DNA of 64,000 bases from positions 576,001-640,000 of the forward strand of contig CBDBOV010000002.1 of the NCBI GenBank assembly GCA_965208575.1. The letters are read 5' to 3'. This document shows, in pieces, positions 9,381-18,806 of the stretch. The notes beneath the pieces are model-generated. The model saw nothing but the letters and a program-made list of their open reading frames with translations. It was not told the origin of the DNA and made no database searches. Positions within the stretch are counted from its first letter, which is position 1. The number at the start of each line of letters is the position of its first letter. Both the position numbers and the translations under genes were made by a program. Source of the DNA: Spirochaetia bacterium (GTDB lineage Bacteria > Spirochaetota > Spirochaetia > SZUA-6 > Bin103).

Positions 9381-11379
9381 TCGCGCCAGGCCAAGCCTGG
9401 GGAAGGAGGAAGATGAAATAGACATCAGAAACCTTTCTTAGCCACCCCGTGGGTAGCCAATCCCATCCGGTAAAGCATAGCAAGCAGCCGGAAGCGAGTC
9501 TTGCGTCGGCAGGGGCGACCCTGAGGGCGAAGCGTAGACAGCGACCGCAGAAGCCGTGTGATTGAGCCTCGAAAGGAGAAAGCTCGCTGGGGCCTTCGTA
9601 GTCGACAATGCGGGGGCAGCACCGTACGTGCCGAAATGGCGAGGCACGGCGGCCCGGTCGGGGTCGGAGAGCAGGGCAGATGCGGAGCGGGTGGCCCAGG
9701 AACCTGGGAGAGCTCGATGTCTCCATGACGGGAGAGCCGGAGGGACGCCGGCACACCAACGTCCGGGCCTGCACGGGAGAGCGCCCGTGAACGTGCAGGA
9801 GCGAAGCAGCGGGTGCGGTCGTGGTACCGCCAAGCGAAGGCAACGAAGCGCGGCGGGAAGGGCAACGAGCAGTCTTAGCGCCCCCATAGTACCGAGGAAG
9901 CGGGGGAACGGTCGCCGCACCGGACCCGGCGGAGGGAAGGAGGGCGTCAAGTCGTAGAACTGGTGCGGGGAAACATGGAGGATGCGATGGAATCCGGGAA
10001 CGTGTTAACGAAACAGCAGCAGATAGCAGAGAACGCGAGAATCCACGCCGGCGTGGCATTCACGTCGCTGGCGTATCACATGGATCTGGAGTGGCTGTAC
10101 GAAGCCTACCGGCGTACCCGGAAGGATGGTGCAGTTGGAGTTGACGAACAGACTGCCGAGCAGTACGGGGAGAACCTGGAGCAGAATTTGAAATCACTGC
10201 TGGAGCGGGCGAAGGCGGGAACGTACCGCGCGCCGCCGGTAAGGCGGGCGCACATTCCGAAAGGGAAGGGCGGAGAAACCCGCCCGATCGGGATACCGAC
10301 CTTCGAGGACAAGGTACTTCAGCGGGCGGTACAGATGCTGCTTGAGCCCCTGTACGAGCGAGACTTTCTAAGCTGTGCACACGGCTTTCGCCCGAAGCGA
10401 TCGCCGCACACGGCGCTGCAAGCACTCTGGGACCAGATGATGGGTCAAGGGGGCGGTTGGGTGATAGACCTGGACATACGAAAGTATTTCGACACGCTGT
10501 CACACGCTACCATGCGCACGATTCTGGCACAGCGGATGCGAGATGGAGTGATCACACGATTGATCGGAAAATGGCTAAAGGCAGGGGTCATGGAAGATGG
10601 CTCAGTGACCTACCCGGAGCAGGGGACACCGCAAGGTGGCGTACTATCGCCGTTGCTCAGCAATGTTTATCTGCACGAGGTACTCGACCGATGGTTCTAT
10701 GAGGTGGTCCGACCGCGCCTGCGGGGGCGGGCGTTCCTGGTGCGTTTTGCGGACGATGCGGTACTGACGTTCAGCGACCGGCGCGATGCCGAGAACGTGC
10801 TGCGCGTGTTACCAAAGCGCTTCGCGAAGTACGGGTTGACCGTGCACGAGGAAAAGACACGGATGCTTCAGTTTCGACCGCCGGGAGGGAACGCGACAGC
10901 CCACCACGGGGCGAGTTTTCCATTCTTGGGATTCACGCACTATTGGGGGCGCTCGCGCAACGGGAAGTGGATCGTGAAGCGGAAAACCGCCTCCGACCGG
11001 CTGACCCGTGCGTTACGAGCACTCGCCGTGTGGTGTAAGCGCCATCGGCACGAGCCTCTGCGGGCGCAGCAAGCGGCCCTCCGGCGCAAGCTGCTGGGCC
11101 ACTATGGGTATTACGGCATTACCGGCAATGGGCGCTCGTTGGGGTACTTCCACGACGCCGCCAAGCGCCTCTGGTTGAAGTGGCTGAACCGGCGCGGTGG
11201 ACGACGCCTCACGTGGGCCTGCTTTGCGCGGTTGCTGGCCCGATATCCGCTGCCGGCCGTTCGTGTCGTCCAGTCCATCTATGCAGCGAACTCTACGACC
11301 TGAGGAACCGTGTGCGTCAATCGCGCTCGCACGGGACTGTGGGGGCCTGGGGCGGGCAACCGCCCTGGGCTACCCGGAC
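9381..11379 (+). mobile_element. Group II intron (ribozyme plus RT ORF)
   Basis: Domain V/VI right after the RT stop (gaggaaccgtgtgcg...gcacgg...cgggcaaccg...ctacccggAC); about 600 nt of intron-like leader; 5' boundary approximate (tcgcgccagg). Confidence 0.88.
9987..11303 (+). CDS. ltrA: Group II intron reverse transcriptase/maturase lacking an endonuclease domain
   Basis: RPIGIPTFEDK, GFRPKRS, DLDIRKYFD, GTPQGGVLSPLLSNVYLH, RFADD, FLGF, maturase X domain; GGAGG RBS. Confidence 0.95.
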   Translation: MESGNVLTKQQQIAENARIHAGVAFTSLAYHMDLEWLYEAYRRTRKDGAVGVDEQTAEQYGENLEQNLKSLLERAKAGTYRAPPVRRAHIPKGKGGETRPIGIPTFEDKVLQRAVQMLLEPLYERDFLSCAHGFRPKRSPHTALQALWDQMMGQGGGWVIDLDIRKYFDTLSHATMRTILAQRMRDGVITRLIGKWLKAGVMEDGSVTYPEQGTPQGGVLSPLLSNVYLHEVLDRWFYEVVRPRLRGRAFLVRFADDAVLTFSDRRDAENVLRVLPKRFAKYGLTVHEEKTRMLQFRPPGGNATAHHGASFPFLGFTHYWGRSRNGKWIVKRKTASDRLTRALRALAVWCKRHRHEPLRAQQAALRRKLLGHYGYYGITGNGRSLGYFHDAAKRLWLKWLNRRGGRRLTWACFARLLARYPLPAVRVVQSIYAANSTT

Positions 11380-11531
11380 TCGCCACTGCAGCCTCGGGAT
11401 GCACGATCTCCGGTTGCGCCCTGCGCGCAACTCTGCGCGTCCGTGACCAGTCTCTCTCGACCGCCCTCCGCGCCCTCGAAACTGCCGGTCGCATCACCCG
11501 CACACCGCATGGCTGGTCCGCGGTGCAATAG
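11380..11531 (+). pseudogene. C-terminal winged-helix-like remnant forming the intron 3' exon
   Basis: ALRATLRVRDQSLSTALRALETAGRITRTPHGW*, followed by a gtttcc...ggaaac hairpin. Confidence 0.4.
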
Positions 11532-11679
11532 CTGTTTCCCGTTTCCCTTCCTTACCGATCGCGGAAACGAGAAACACGGGAAACACCCACCCCCTCGCTC
11601 CTTCCTGTCCAATCCTGTCCCTCGAATTACTCGATCAACGTCCCATCAATCAGCCCGAGCGCTCTTATCGGGCGCGCAT

Positions 11680-12612
11680 CGACGCCGCCACCTACGAACT
11701 GCTGTGCCATCTGCGCGAGTTCGACCGCCGCTATGGTTGGGAGGGGTTCCGCTCTTGCGCCCACTGGCTCAACTACCGCACCGGCCTCGACCTTGACGCC
11801 GCGCGCGAGAAACTGCGCGTCGCCGGCGCGATGGCCGGCGGGCTCGATCCGGGCAACTCCGCCGACCGCTTCCAGGTGACGGTGCACGTGCAGGCGGACA
11901 CCCTCGCCTCCCGCGAAGCCGCCGATGAGGTGCGGCGCGTTTCCGCGGAAACGCGGGTGGCCAACCTCGCGCAGAAAGGGCCGGCCAGTGCCACGGCAGC
12001 CCGACGCCGCACACTTCCGTTAGCAAGCCGGGCGGCCAACCCGGGGGACACGGTACCGCCCAGCACCAAAGCAGACGCCGCGCCGCACGTTGCCGCGGAA
12101 ACCCGATCGGCCGGCTCGATAGCGTCGGAGTCGCCCACCACGGTAGCGGACGCGGGGCGGCCACTCCGCAATACGCGAACCTGGAACAGCCGCAGCGAAG
12201 TGACAGCCGACACGTCGCCGCGAGGTTGCGCGGCATCCGCAGCTCGGCCGCCGTTCCACGATGGGTCCGCACGACACAGCGGCGGCGGCGCCGAGCTTCC
12301 GCCAACTCCGGAGCCGGCGTCGGCACCACCGGTCGCTACGGCGGTAACGAGGACGCCGTCGCCAATCGTTCTGGCGGCGAACCTCGCCGCGCCGTGCTCG
12401 GGTCGGATCAACTCGATGGTGCGGAAGCGGAAACGTGGCAGGTGAGCGAAGAGGCGGACGGGGTGCGAGTTGGATGACCGATCTGGACGCCGGCCAAGCG
12501 GCCATCGAGCAGGCGGGCAGCCTCCACGTGGGCAGGGACGCGGCCCGCCGCGTGGCCTGCGATGCCGGCCTCGTGGTGCTTAGCCACGGCGCCGATGGCG
12601 AGGTTCTGGACG
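11680..12612 (+). pseudogene. DUF222 (HNH-associated) gene remnant
   Basis: IDAATYELL..LREFDRRYGWEGFRSCAHWLNYRTG; FQVTVHVQADTL; ARRVACDAGLV....GEVLDV; no start and no HNH domain. Confidence 0.75.
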
Positions 12613-12800
12613 TACGCATATGCCTTCCGCCTGTTTGTTCACCTTCGGCGCCGAGCGTCTCGGCATCAGACCGTCGGCGCTTCACCTCGAACATCTCGAC
12701 GCCGCGCTCATCGTCGCTTTCCTGACCCACTTCGAAGTGGATCGTGGCGGCAGCCCAGCCAGCCGCAACGTCCGACTGGCGGCGGTGAAAGCCCTCATGT
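12612..12800 (+). pseudogene. Tyrosine recombinase N-terminal fragment (RIT-element-like)
   Basis: YAYAFRL../PSALHLEHLDAALIVAFLTHFEVDRG.SPASRNVRLAAVK. Confidence 0.65.
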
Positions 12801-12880
12801 CCCGATGCGGCCCCTCATACCACCCGCCCGCCAACCGTCAAGCACGAGCTACTCGACGTCACCTGTGATAGAATTCCGGT

Positions 12881-13105
12881 GTGCCGTCATTCGCCCGCGA
12901 TACACGCCCCGCAGCCGAGCGGTTTCAGACCGAGGTGTATCGCAGAATGGATCCGGCGCGGAGATACTCCGTTGGTGCAGAACTCAGCGACAGCGTCAGA
13001 GACATAGCTCTTGCGGGCCTCCGCGAGCGCTTGCGGGGCGCTACGGAGGGAGCGCTGCTACGGCGCTACGTGCTTGAGCTCTGGGGCGTGAGCGTCGAGG
13101 AATGA
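12881..13105 (+). CDS. Small partner protein of the downstream nucleotidyltransferase
   Basis: RDTRPAAERFQ.EVYRRMDPARR pattern; TGnTAGAAT 6 nt before GTG; ATGA overlap. Confidence 0.7.
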   Translation: MPSFARDTRPAAERFQTEVYRRMDPARRYSVGAELSDSVRDIALAGLRERLRGATEGALLRRYVLELWGVSVEE

Positions 13106-13671
13106 AGAGCCAAGCCGAGTTTCTCGGCGAAATCGCATCGCTGCTGGACGAGGCCCAGGTGCGATACATGGTTACCGGGTCAATCGCCAGCACGTACCAC
13201 GGCAGACCGCGCGCCACCCAAGATGTCGACGTGGTCGTGGCGACCAACCGCGATCACCTCATCGCTTTCGTTCGCGCCTGCGCTGCCCGTGGGTTCTACG
13301 TGGACGCTGAAGACGCCAAGGACGCCCTGGAACATCGCTCGATCTTCAACGTAATCGACGCTTCCAGCGGCTACAAGGTTGACATCATTGTCCGCAAGGA
13401 TCGGCCGTTCAGCGTCGAGGAGTTCTCGCGGCGGCGCCGGGTGGAGTTGCCAACGTTCGTCGTCTCCATGGTCACCGCGGAAGACGCCATCCTCAGCAAG
13501 CTTGAATGGAGTCAGGCCGGCGGCTCGGATCGTCAGTATCAGGATGCGGTGGGAATCGCCTTGTCCCAGGGCGATCTGCTCGACCTCGCGTATCTCCGGC
13601 GGTGGGCAGTCGAACTCGGTGTGGAGAGTGAACTCCGTCGGCTCCTCGCCGAACGTGAACGGCACCGGTAG
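13102..13671 (+). CDS. Nucleotidyltransferase-fold protein (putative TA component)
   Basis: YMVTGSIAS..HG.PRATQDVDVVV motif; AEDAILSKLEW; LDLAYLRRWA. Confidence 0.8.
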   Translation: MKSQAEFLGEIASLLDEAQVRYMVTGSIASTYHGRPRATQDVDVVVATNRDHLIAFVRACAARGFYVDAEDAKDALEHRSIFNVIDASSGYKVDIIVRKDRPFSVEEFSRRRRVELPTFVVSMVTAEDAILSKLEWSQAGGSDRQYQDAVGIALSQGDLLDLAYLRRWAVELGVESELRRLLAERERHR

Positions 13672-14164
13672 CGAAAGCGAACGGAACGACACCGGACCGA
13701 ACCAGGTCACGGATGCGTGCCGTGTGCCGTGCAGCAAACCCGCCGGGAGGTCAGGCGTGTCGCGGCTGCACTTGGCCGACCGCGAGCAACGACTCCACGC
13801 AGTCGCGCAGCGACTCGTCGAATCGGCGGAACCGTACTCAGGTCACCGCGCGGACGCGGTCGTTGCGGCGGCTGATCGCCTCGAGGCCGTGCCGCTCGAC
13901 CGACCACGCCAGGTAGCGATCGCCGCTGCGCACCTGAACGCTTTCCAGCAGGCCGATGCGACAGTCGGCGTTGTCGCGCACGTCGACCGGCATCCACGGC
14001 CGGCGGGATCGGTTCTGCGGATATTTCCCCTGCGGCATCATCGCGACCTGGCTCTGCCACGGCCCTATCGCCTTCCGGGGCGGTCCTCACAGGGCCAACC
14101 AGCGGATTGTGCTCCGCCGCCGTGTCCGACGCCGTAGCTGCGCCCGGGAGTGAGATGAGATCGA

Positions 14165-14402
14165 TTACTCCGCGAACAGGTCGGCAGGCGATCCGGTTCG
14201 GACCAACCGCAACTCATTGCCCACGACGCGGTAGATCAACAGCCAGTCAGGCTCGATGTGAGCCTCCGGATACCCCTTCCAGATCCCACGGAGTGGATGG
14301 TCGAGATGGCGTGCGGTCAACGGCTGCTGCTCGATCAGCGACCACAGAAGCGCTCGCAGCCTGGTCAGGTCCCGACCTCGCCTGGCAGCCCGCCGCCGTA
14401 GG
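14165..14402 (-). pseudogene. YafQ-family toxin, 5'-truncated
   Basis: HLDHPLRGIWKGYPEAHIEPDWLLIY...LVRTGSPADLF (usual GSH changed to GSP). Confidence 0.8.
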
Positions 14403-15262
14403 TCGCCGATTCGTGACGCCGAAACGCCGATTGTACTCATGTTGAGCGACCACAGGGAGCTGTTCCACGACGAACCAATTCAAGTGTTGCCCCTGAACCT
14501 TCTGACGGGCAACGAAATCGAATACCACGGAGTTCAAGCAAGCCGCTAGAAGCCATACTTGTTCACGGTAGGCGGTAATCTGCTCGGGGAGTGGTAAGAG
14601 CAACGGTAGGGTATTGCCGAAGCCAGCCCGCGGCACCATACACGCAATCATGGTGCGTATGTTCGTCGGCGCGGTAACGTCCTTGAATGCCACCGCCCAA
14701 CCGAGATTCGCGGGCCAGTCAGACCCGTCCGCTGGAGTCCAAAACTGCGGCTCGGGGAGCCAGTCGGGGTCGGCGTGTTGCTCCGGCGTAGCCTCTCGTG
14801 GTTGGGCGGGACGGTTCAGATTGTTCGGGTTGACGACGACGCTGGCGGCCCGGTGGTCGAATGCCTGGACCATCTTGCCCTCGTACAGCGGAAGGCAAAG
14901 CTCGTCACCCTTCTTCCATCGGTTGCCGGAAACACGGTAGAACCCGTCGGCGTCGAGTTGCGCGGCGGTCCGAAACAGTCCCGAGTCATTGGTCATGTGG
15001 AACATGGTGTGGTAGCGAACCGGCCAGGCTCGGCGCTCCTCGCTACCTGACCGGTCGACCAGCACGGGATGGTTCTCGTAGATGCGGCGAGTGATGTCGG
15101 CGTCGCGGCGGGTCCGGAACACCGGAGCGGTGCCGGTGTTGGGGTTGACGCGGGAGAAGTCGCTCGGCGTCAGCGGGAAACAACGCTCGGGATCGTCCAC
15201 GTCCCGGGTGTCGTGCAGGAAGAAGGCGCACATGGTTTGGTCGAACTGGCGTTCGTCGCCGC
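14403..15262 (-). pseudogene. Internal fragment of a large type IIG-like restriction-modification gene
   Basis: RVNPNTGTAPVFRTRRDA, LPLYEGKMVQAFDHRAA, FKDVTAPTNIRTMIA, LNSVVFDFVARQKVQGQHLN. Confidence 0.75.
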
Positions 15263-15284
15263 CTCAGCCACACCGCCGCCGGGG

Positions 15285-15773
15285 CGATACCCTGCCGCCC
15301 TCCAAACGTGCGACGGCAGACTGGGTTGTGCCAAGGCGACGGGCGATCTCTGCTTGTGTCAGCTTTGCCGTCATGCGGGCGCGCACCAACGCCTCGATCA
15401 GCTTGAACTCATCATCAGCTCGCGCGTACTCCTCCCGGAACTCAGGGTTCTCCATGAGGCTCTTCTTCATACGTTCCCTGGCGGTCACAAGCGCCCGCCG
15501 AGGCGTTTTCCGTGACTTCTTTGCGAACACATGCAGAACCACCACCCGTCGTTCCGCTGCCGTCACTTAGATCCCTCTGGCGATTCCTCCCTCGGCTCTG
15601 ACCCGCAGCTCCCAGAGCTTGCCGTCGAGATGCTTGACGTGCGGAGCGGGAAGTGCCTCCAGGCCGAGGTTCTCTACCGTCTTTAGCAGACGGACCAACC
15701 GCGCGCTCAATTTCAACGGCAGGGCCTTGATCTCGGCTTCGACGGCTGCAACAGTCTCAACCGTCTAGCCCAT
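15285..15773 (-). pseudogene. Inverted, inactivated copy of the RelE/HTH module at 4933-5543
   Basis: Near-identical DNA; TGG>TAG at codon 3 and TAC>TAA; 35-bp deletion fusing toxin to antitoxin; HTH 3' end lost. Confidence 0.9.
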
Positions 15774-15974
15774 TTCCCGCGCACAGCCAGCGACCGATAA
15801 TGCCGCGTTCGGTCGATCCAGCCTGCGGCTTCGCTCGCGGGCCACGCGTTCCCCAGCGCGGTCAGTACGCTCAGCAGCGCCAGCGGCGTCGCTTCGGCGG
15901 TGGCCTCGGGTTGCCGTTGCGTGGGGTGACGTGACCTGTTCCACTGGAAGGTAGAAAACACGCCTTTCATGGAA

Positions 15975-16199
15975 TCAAACAGGAGGCGTTGTCGACCTCC
16001 CAATGAGCCGCTCCAGGCGGAGAGAGATAACCGCAAGCAGTGATGCGTTGATTTTCATCTGATGGAACAGAAGAAGTGTTGAATCTTCATGACGGGCTTC
16101 GGTCAAGAGCCTTCCAACTTCAAGCGCGGATGCCTTTATCTGCCCATCCAGCTTGATAATATCTTCGCTGATTTTGAGTTCATCTTGCGGTGACATCAT
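15975..16199 (-). CDS. Small hypothetical protein, low GC
   Basis: Strong AGGAGG RBS upstream; helical-looking sequence. Confidence 0.55.
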   Translation of the reverse strand: MMSPQDELKISEDIIKLDGQIKASALEVGRLLTEARHEDSTLLLFHQMKINASLLAVISLRLERLIGRSTTPPV

Positions 16200-16403
16200 A
16201 TGATTCTCCTCCTATTTCGATTCGCGGGGCATCACTACCGCTGTCCCGAATAGAGCCTATTAGTGGAGTGAATCGTCAGGCGATAGCCGGCGGTCAGGCC
16301 CCGAATCAGCCATCCAACAGCACGTAGGTCGCCCCTACTTCGGCACCCACTGGGCGGGCAGCGGTGATGGTCCGGCGCAGATTCGGGTGCTCGGCGCAGC
16401 GAT

Positions 16404-16694
16404 TCATTCCTCATGCTCGGCCTCCGGCTTAACGAGTACCGGGAACGAGGGCGCCGATGCGGCAGGCGTACCGTTCGCTGGCGGGCGCCACGGGCCGGTC
16501 AGCATGCCCTCGATGCGCGCCACGCGGTCACTCAGTACGTGGAGGTCTCGGCGCACTTCGCCCACGTCGATGCGGAGCGTGTCTATCTCGCGGCGCAGGG
16601 CCGCCCCTTGCGCACGGATCACCGGCACCAGAACGGCCAGCAGCGCGGCCACTGCTCCCACCGCGCCGAACAGTACGGTAACTCCGTCCGTCAT
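16404..16694 (-). CDS. Small membrane-anchored coiled-coil protein
   Basis: N-terminal hydrophobic helix, then LRREIDTLRIDVGEVRRDL..LSDRVARIEG heptads. Confidence 0.7.
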   Translation of the reverse strand: MTDGVTVLFGAVGAVAALLAVLVPVIRAQGAALRREIDTLRIDVGEVRRDLHVLSDRVARIEGMLTGPWRPPANGTPAASAPSFPVLVKPEAEHEE

Positions 16695-16895
16695 GATGAT
16701 GAGCATACTACATCCGAGAAGGCCCGGTATCCAGGAACTGTCTACCCGGCGCTGGCTGCGCAGATAGCCGCCCCGTACTACTGGAGCTCCGCCGCGTCAC
16801 GCCGCTTCAGGACAGTAACCGCCACGCTGCTCGGTGAGCCGGTCACTCTCGTGCCGGGCCTCCCCTGTCAGGCGGCGTGGCCGCCTGCTATTCCG

Positions 16896-17087
16896 TCACT
16901 CCTGGGCCAGATCGTAGATGACCTGCATCCGCATCCAGTGTTCTGCGTCGCTCCAACCTATCCGCTCCAGCGCGAGCACCAGCGACGCTGATACGCCGGC
17001 GTGGCCGTTCAGCACCCGCGACAGCGCCACCCGACCCATGCCCAACCGTTCGCCGTCTCCTGTAGCCCTCTGTGCTTGATCTGCACG
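16896..17087 (-). pseudogene. HigB/HigA module collapsed by deletion
   Basis: VQIKHRGLQE (HigB-like N-terminus) abuts ERLGMGRVALSRVLNGHAGVS...WMRMQ..YDL (HigA C-terminal half). Confidence 0.65.
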
Positions 17088-17235
17088 TCGCCATCCACCG
17101 ATTCCACGATCCCGGCGGTGGTCGACCGCCTGCCCGATCCGGAACGATTCAGGAGCGGCCGTCGGTGCGACGGCGGACAATCCAATCTGCGAGGTGGCAG
17201 AATATGGATGGCGATGCTAACGGCTTGGCCGAGAC

Positions 17236-17500
17236 CTAAGCCGAAGTTCCAGAGCGGGAATCTTGTTAATTCGTTATTGATCTGAAAATTGCGCTCAACA
17301 GCCGATGTCCGTTACTGGCTACACTTGGGCGCTGACCTCCAGGAGATCGAAACAGCGCTGCTGCAGCGCGGTCGGTTCGCTGTGCATGGTGAACGTGGCG
17401 CCGCTGTCCACCATCCGCACGCGGTTGGCCGTCAGCGTCCCCAACAGCCGGCGGCGGTACACAGCACTCAGCGGGGCGCTGTGCTTGCCACTGGCGTCCG
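17236..17500 (-). mobile_element. IS remnant (IS1634-like transposase C-terminus and element end)
   Basis: LLGTLTANRVRM..GATFTMHSEPTALQQRCFDLL*, followed by an AT-rich tail ending GGAACTTCGGCTTAG. Confidence 0.55.
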
Positions 17501-17828
17501 GCTGCTGCACGTTTGTTCGAACGGGACGGAGACGGGAAGCAATGCTCGACGCGAAGTCACTACACACTGGGCGGTCTGAGCATCGACCGAGTCTGGAAGC
17601 TGCGGAAACGGTGTTCGAGGCCAAGCGGACCGGCCTCGCCAGGCGATCTCGCCGATGGCCGGTTGTGGAATGAACCCATGGTCGGGAGTGGGTGCCGGAG
17701 GTTCCGATGCGGTCGCCCCGGCGGCGCGGCGGCCCGCCAGCCCGTCGGCGGACGGAGCGCGTGGCGTTGACCGGAGGGGCGGCAGCGGTTGTAATGGCAG
17801 GTGGCGGTGCGCCGTGGCGGGGAGGGCG

Positions 17829-18806
17829 ATGGAACGGGAGCTGTACGCGGGGCTCGACCTCGGTGGTACCAAGATCGCGGCGGCGCTGCTGACCGGCGAC
17901 GGGCGCGTGGTGGGGCGGGCGCGGCTCGGCTCGCGCGCCGGCAGCGGCGGCGAGGTGGTGGCCGATACGATGGTCGCCGCCGTGGACGAGGCGCTGCAGC
18001 GCGCCGGCGCGACGCGGGCGGCGTTGCGCGGCGCCGGCATCGGCGCGCCCGGCCCGCTCGACTTCGACACCGGCGTGATCGTGTTCGCACCCAACCTCGG
18101 CATGCGCGACTTTCCGCTGCGCGACTACATCGCCGAGCGGCTCGCGGTGCCGGTGTTTCTCGACAACGACGTCAACATGGGCACCTACGGCGAGTACCTC
18201 GCGGGCGCCGCGCGCGGCTTTCGGCACGTGCTCGGGGTGTTCCCCGGCACCGGCGTGGGCGGCGGCCTGGTCGTGAACGGCGCGGTGTTTCGCGGCGCCA
18301 ACGGCACGGCGGGTGAGGTGGGCCACATCATCGTGCAGCACGGCGGTGCGCTGTGCGGCTGTGGCCAGCGCGGCTGCCTGGAGGCGTATGCCAGCCGCAG
18401 CGCGATCGCGCGCGACTTGGTGATGCTGGCCGCCATCGGCCAGGCGCCGACCGTGCGCGCGGCCGCCGGGACCCGCCTGAAGGCGGTCAAGAGCGGGGTG
18501 ATCGCCCGGGCGGTCGCCGCCGGGGAGCGCGCGGTGTGCGAGGTGGTCGAGCGCTCGGCGCGCTACCTCGGCATCGGGATCGCCAACTGCGTCAACCTGT
18601 TCAGCCCCGACCTGGTGGTGCTCGGCGGCGGCCTTGTGGAGAAGCTCGGAGACCGCTACGTGGCCCAGGTGGAGCGCGCCATGCGCAAGCACGCCCTGGC
18701 GGCGGCCGCCGCCGGCGTACGCGTGGTCGCCGCCGAGCTCGGCGACGAAGCCGCCGTCCACGGTGCGGTGGGCGGGTTGCGCGAGATGCTCGCGGAGCGC
18801 GCCTGA
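17829..18806 (+). CDS. ROK-family sugar kinase (glucokinase-like)
   Basis: GLDLGGTK, DNDVN, GTGVGGG, GEVGH, CGCGQRGCLEAYAS. Confidence 0.92.
   Translation: MERELYAGLDLGGTKIAAALLTGDGRVVGRARLGSRAGSGGEVVADTMVAAVDEALQRAGATRAALRGAGIGAPGPLDFDTGVIVFAPNLGMRDFPLRDYIAERLAVPVFLDNDVNMGTYGEYLAGAARGFRHVLGVFPGTGVGGGLVVNGAVFRGANGTAGEVGHIIVQHGGALCGCGQRGCLEAYASRSAIARDLVMLAAIGQAPTVRAAAGTRLKAVKSGVIARAVAAGERAVCEVVERSARYLGIGIANCVNLFSPDLVVLGGGLVEKLGDRYVAQVERAMRKHALAAAAAGVRVVAAELGDEAAVHGAVGGLREMLAERA

Noticed and set aside
9987-11303. RT as part of a retron, DGR or defence RT system
   Set aside because: It has a maturase X domain and is followed immediately by domain V/VI RNA. The ppk1 and GH95 repeats do not show adenine-specific variation as a DGR TR/VR pair would
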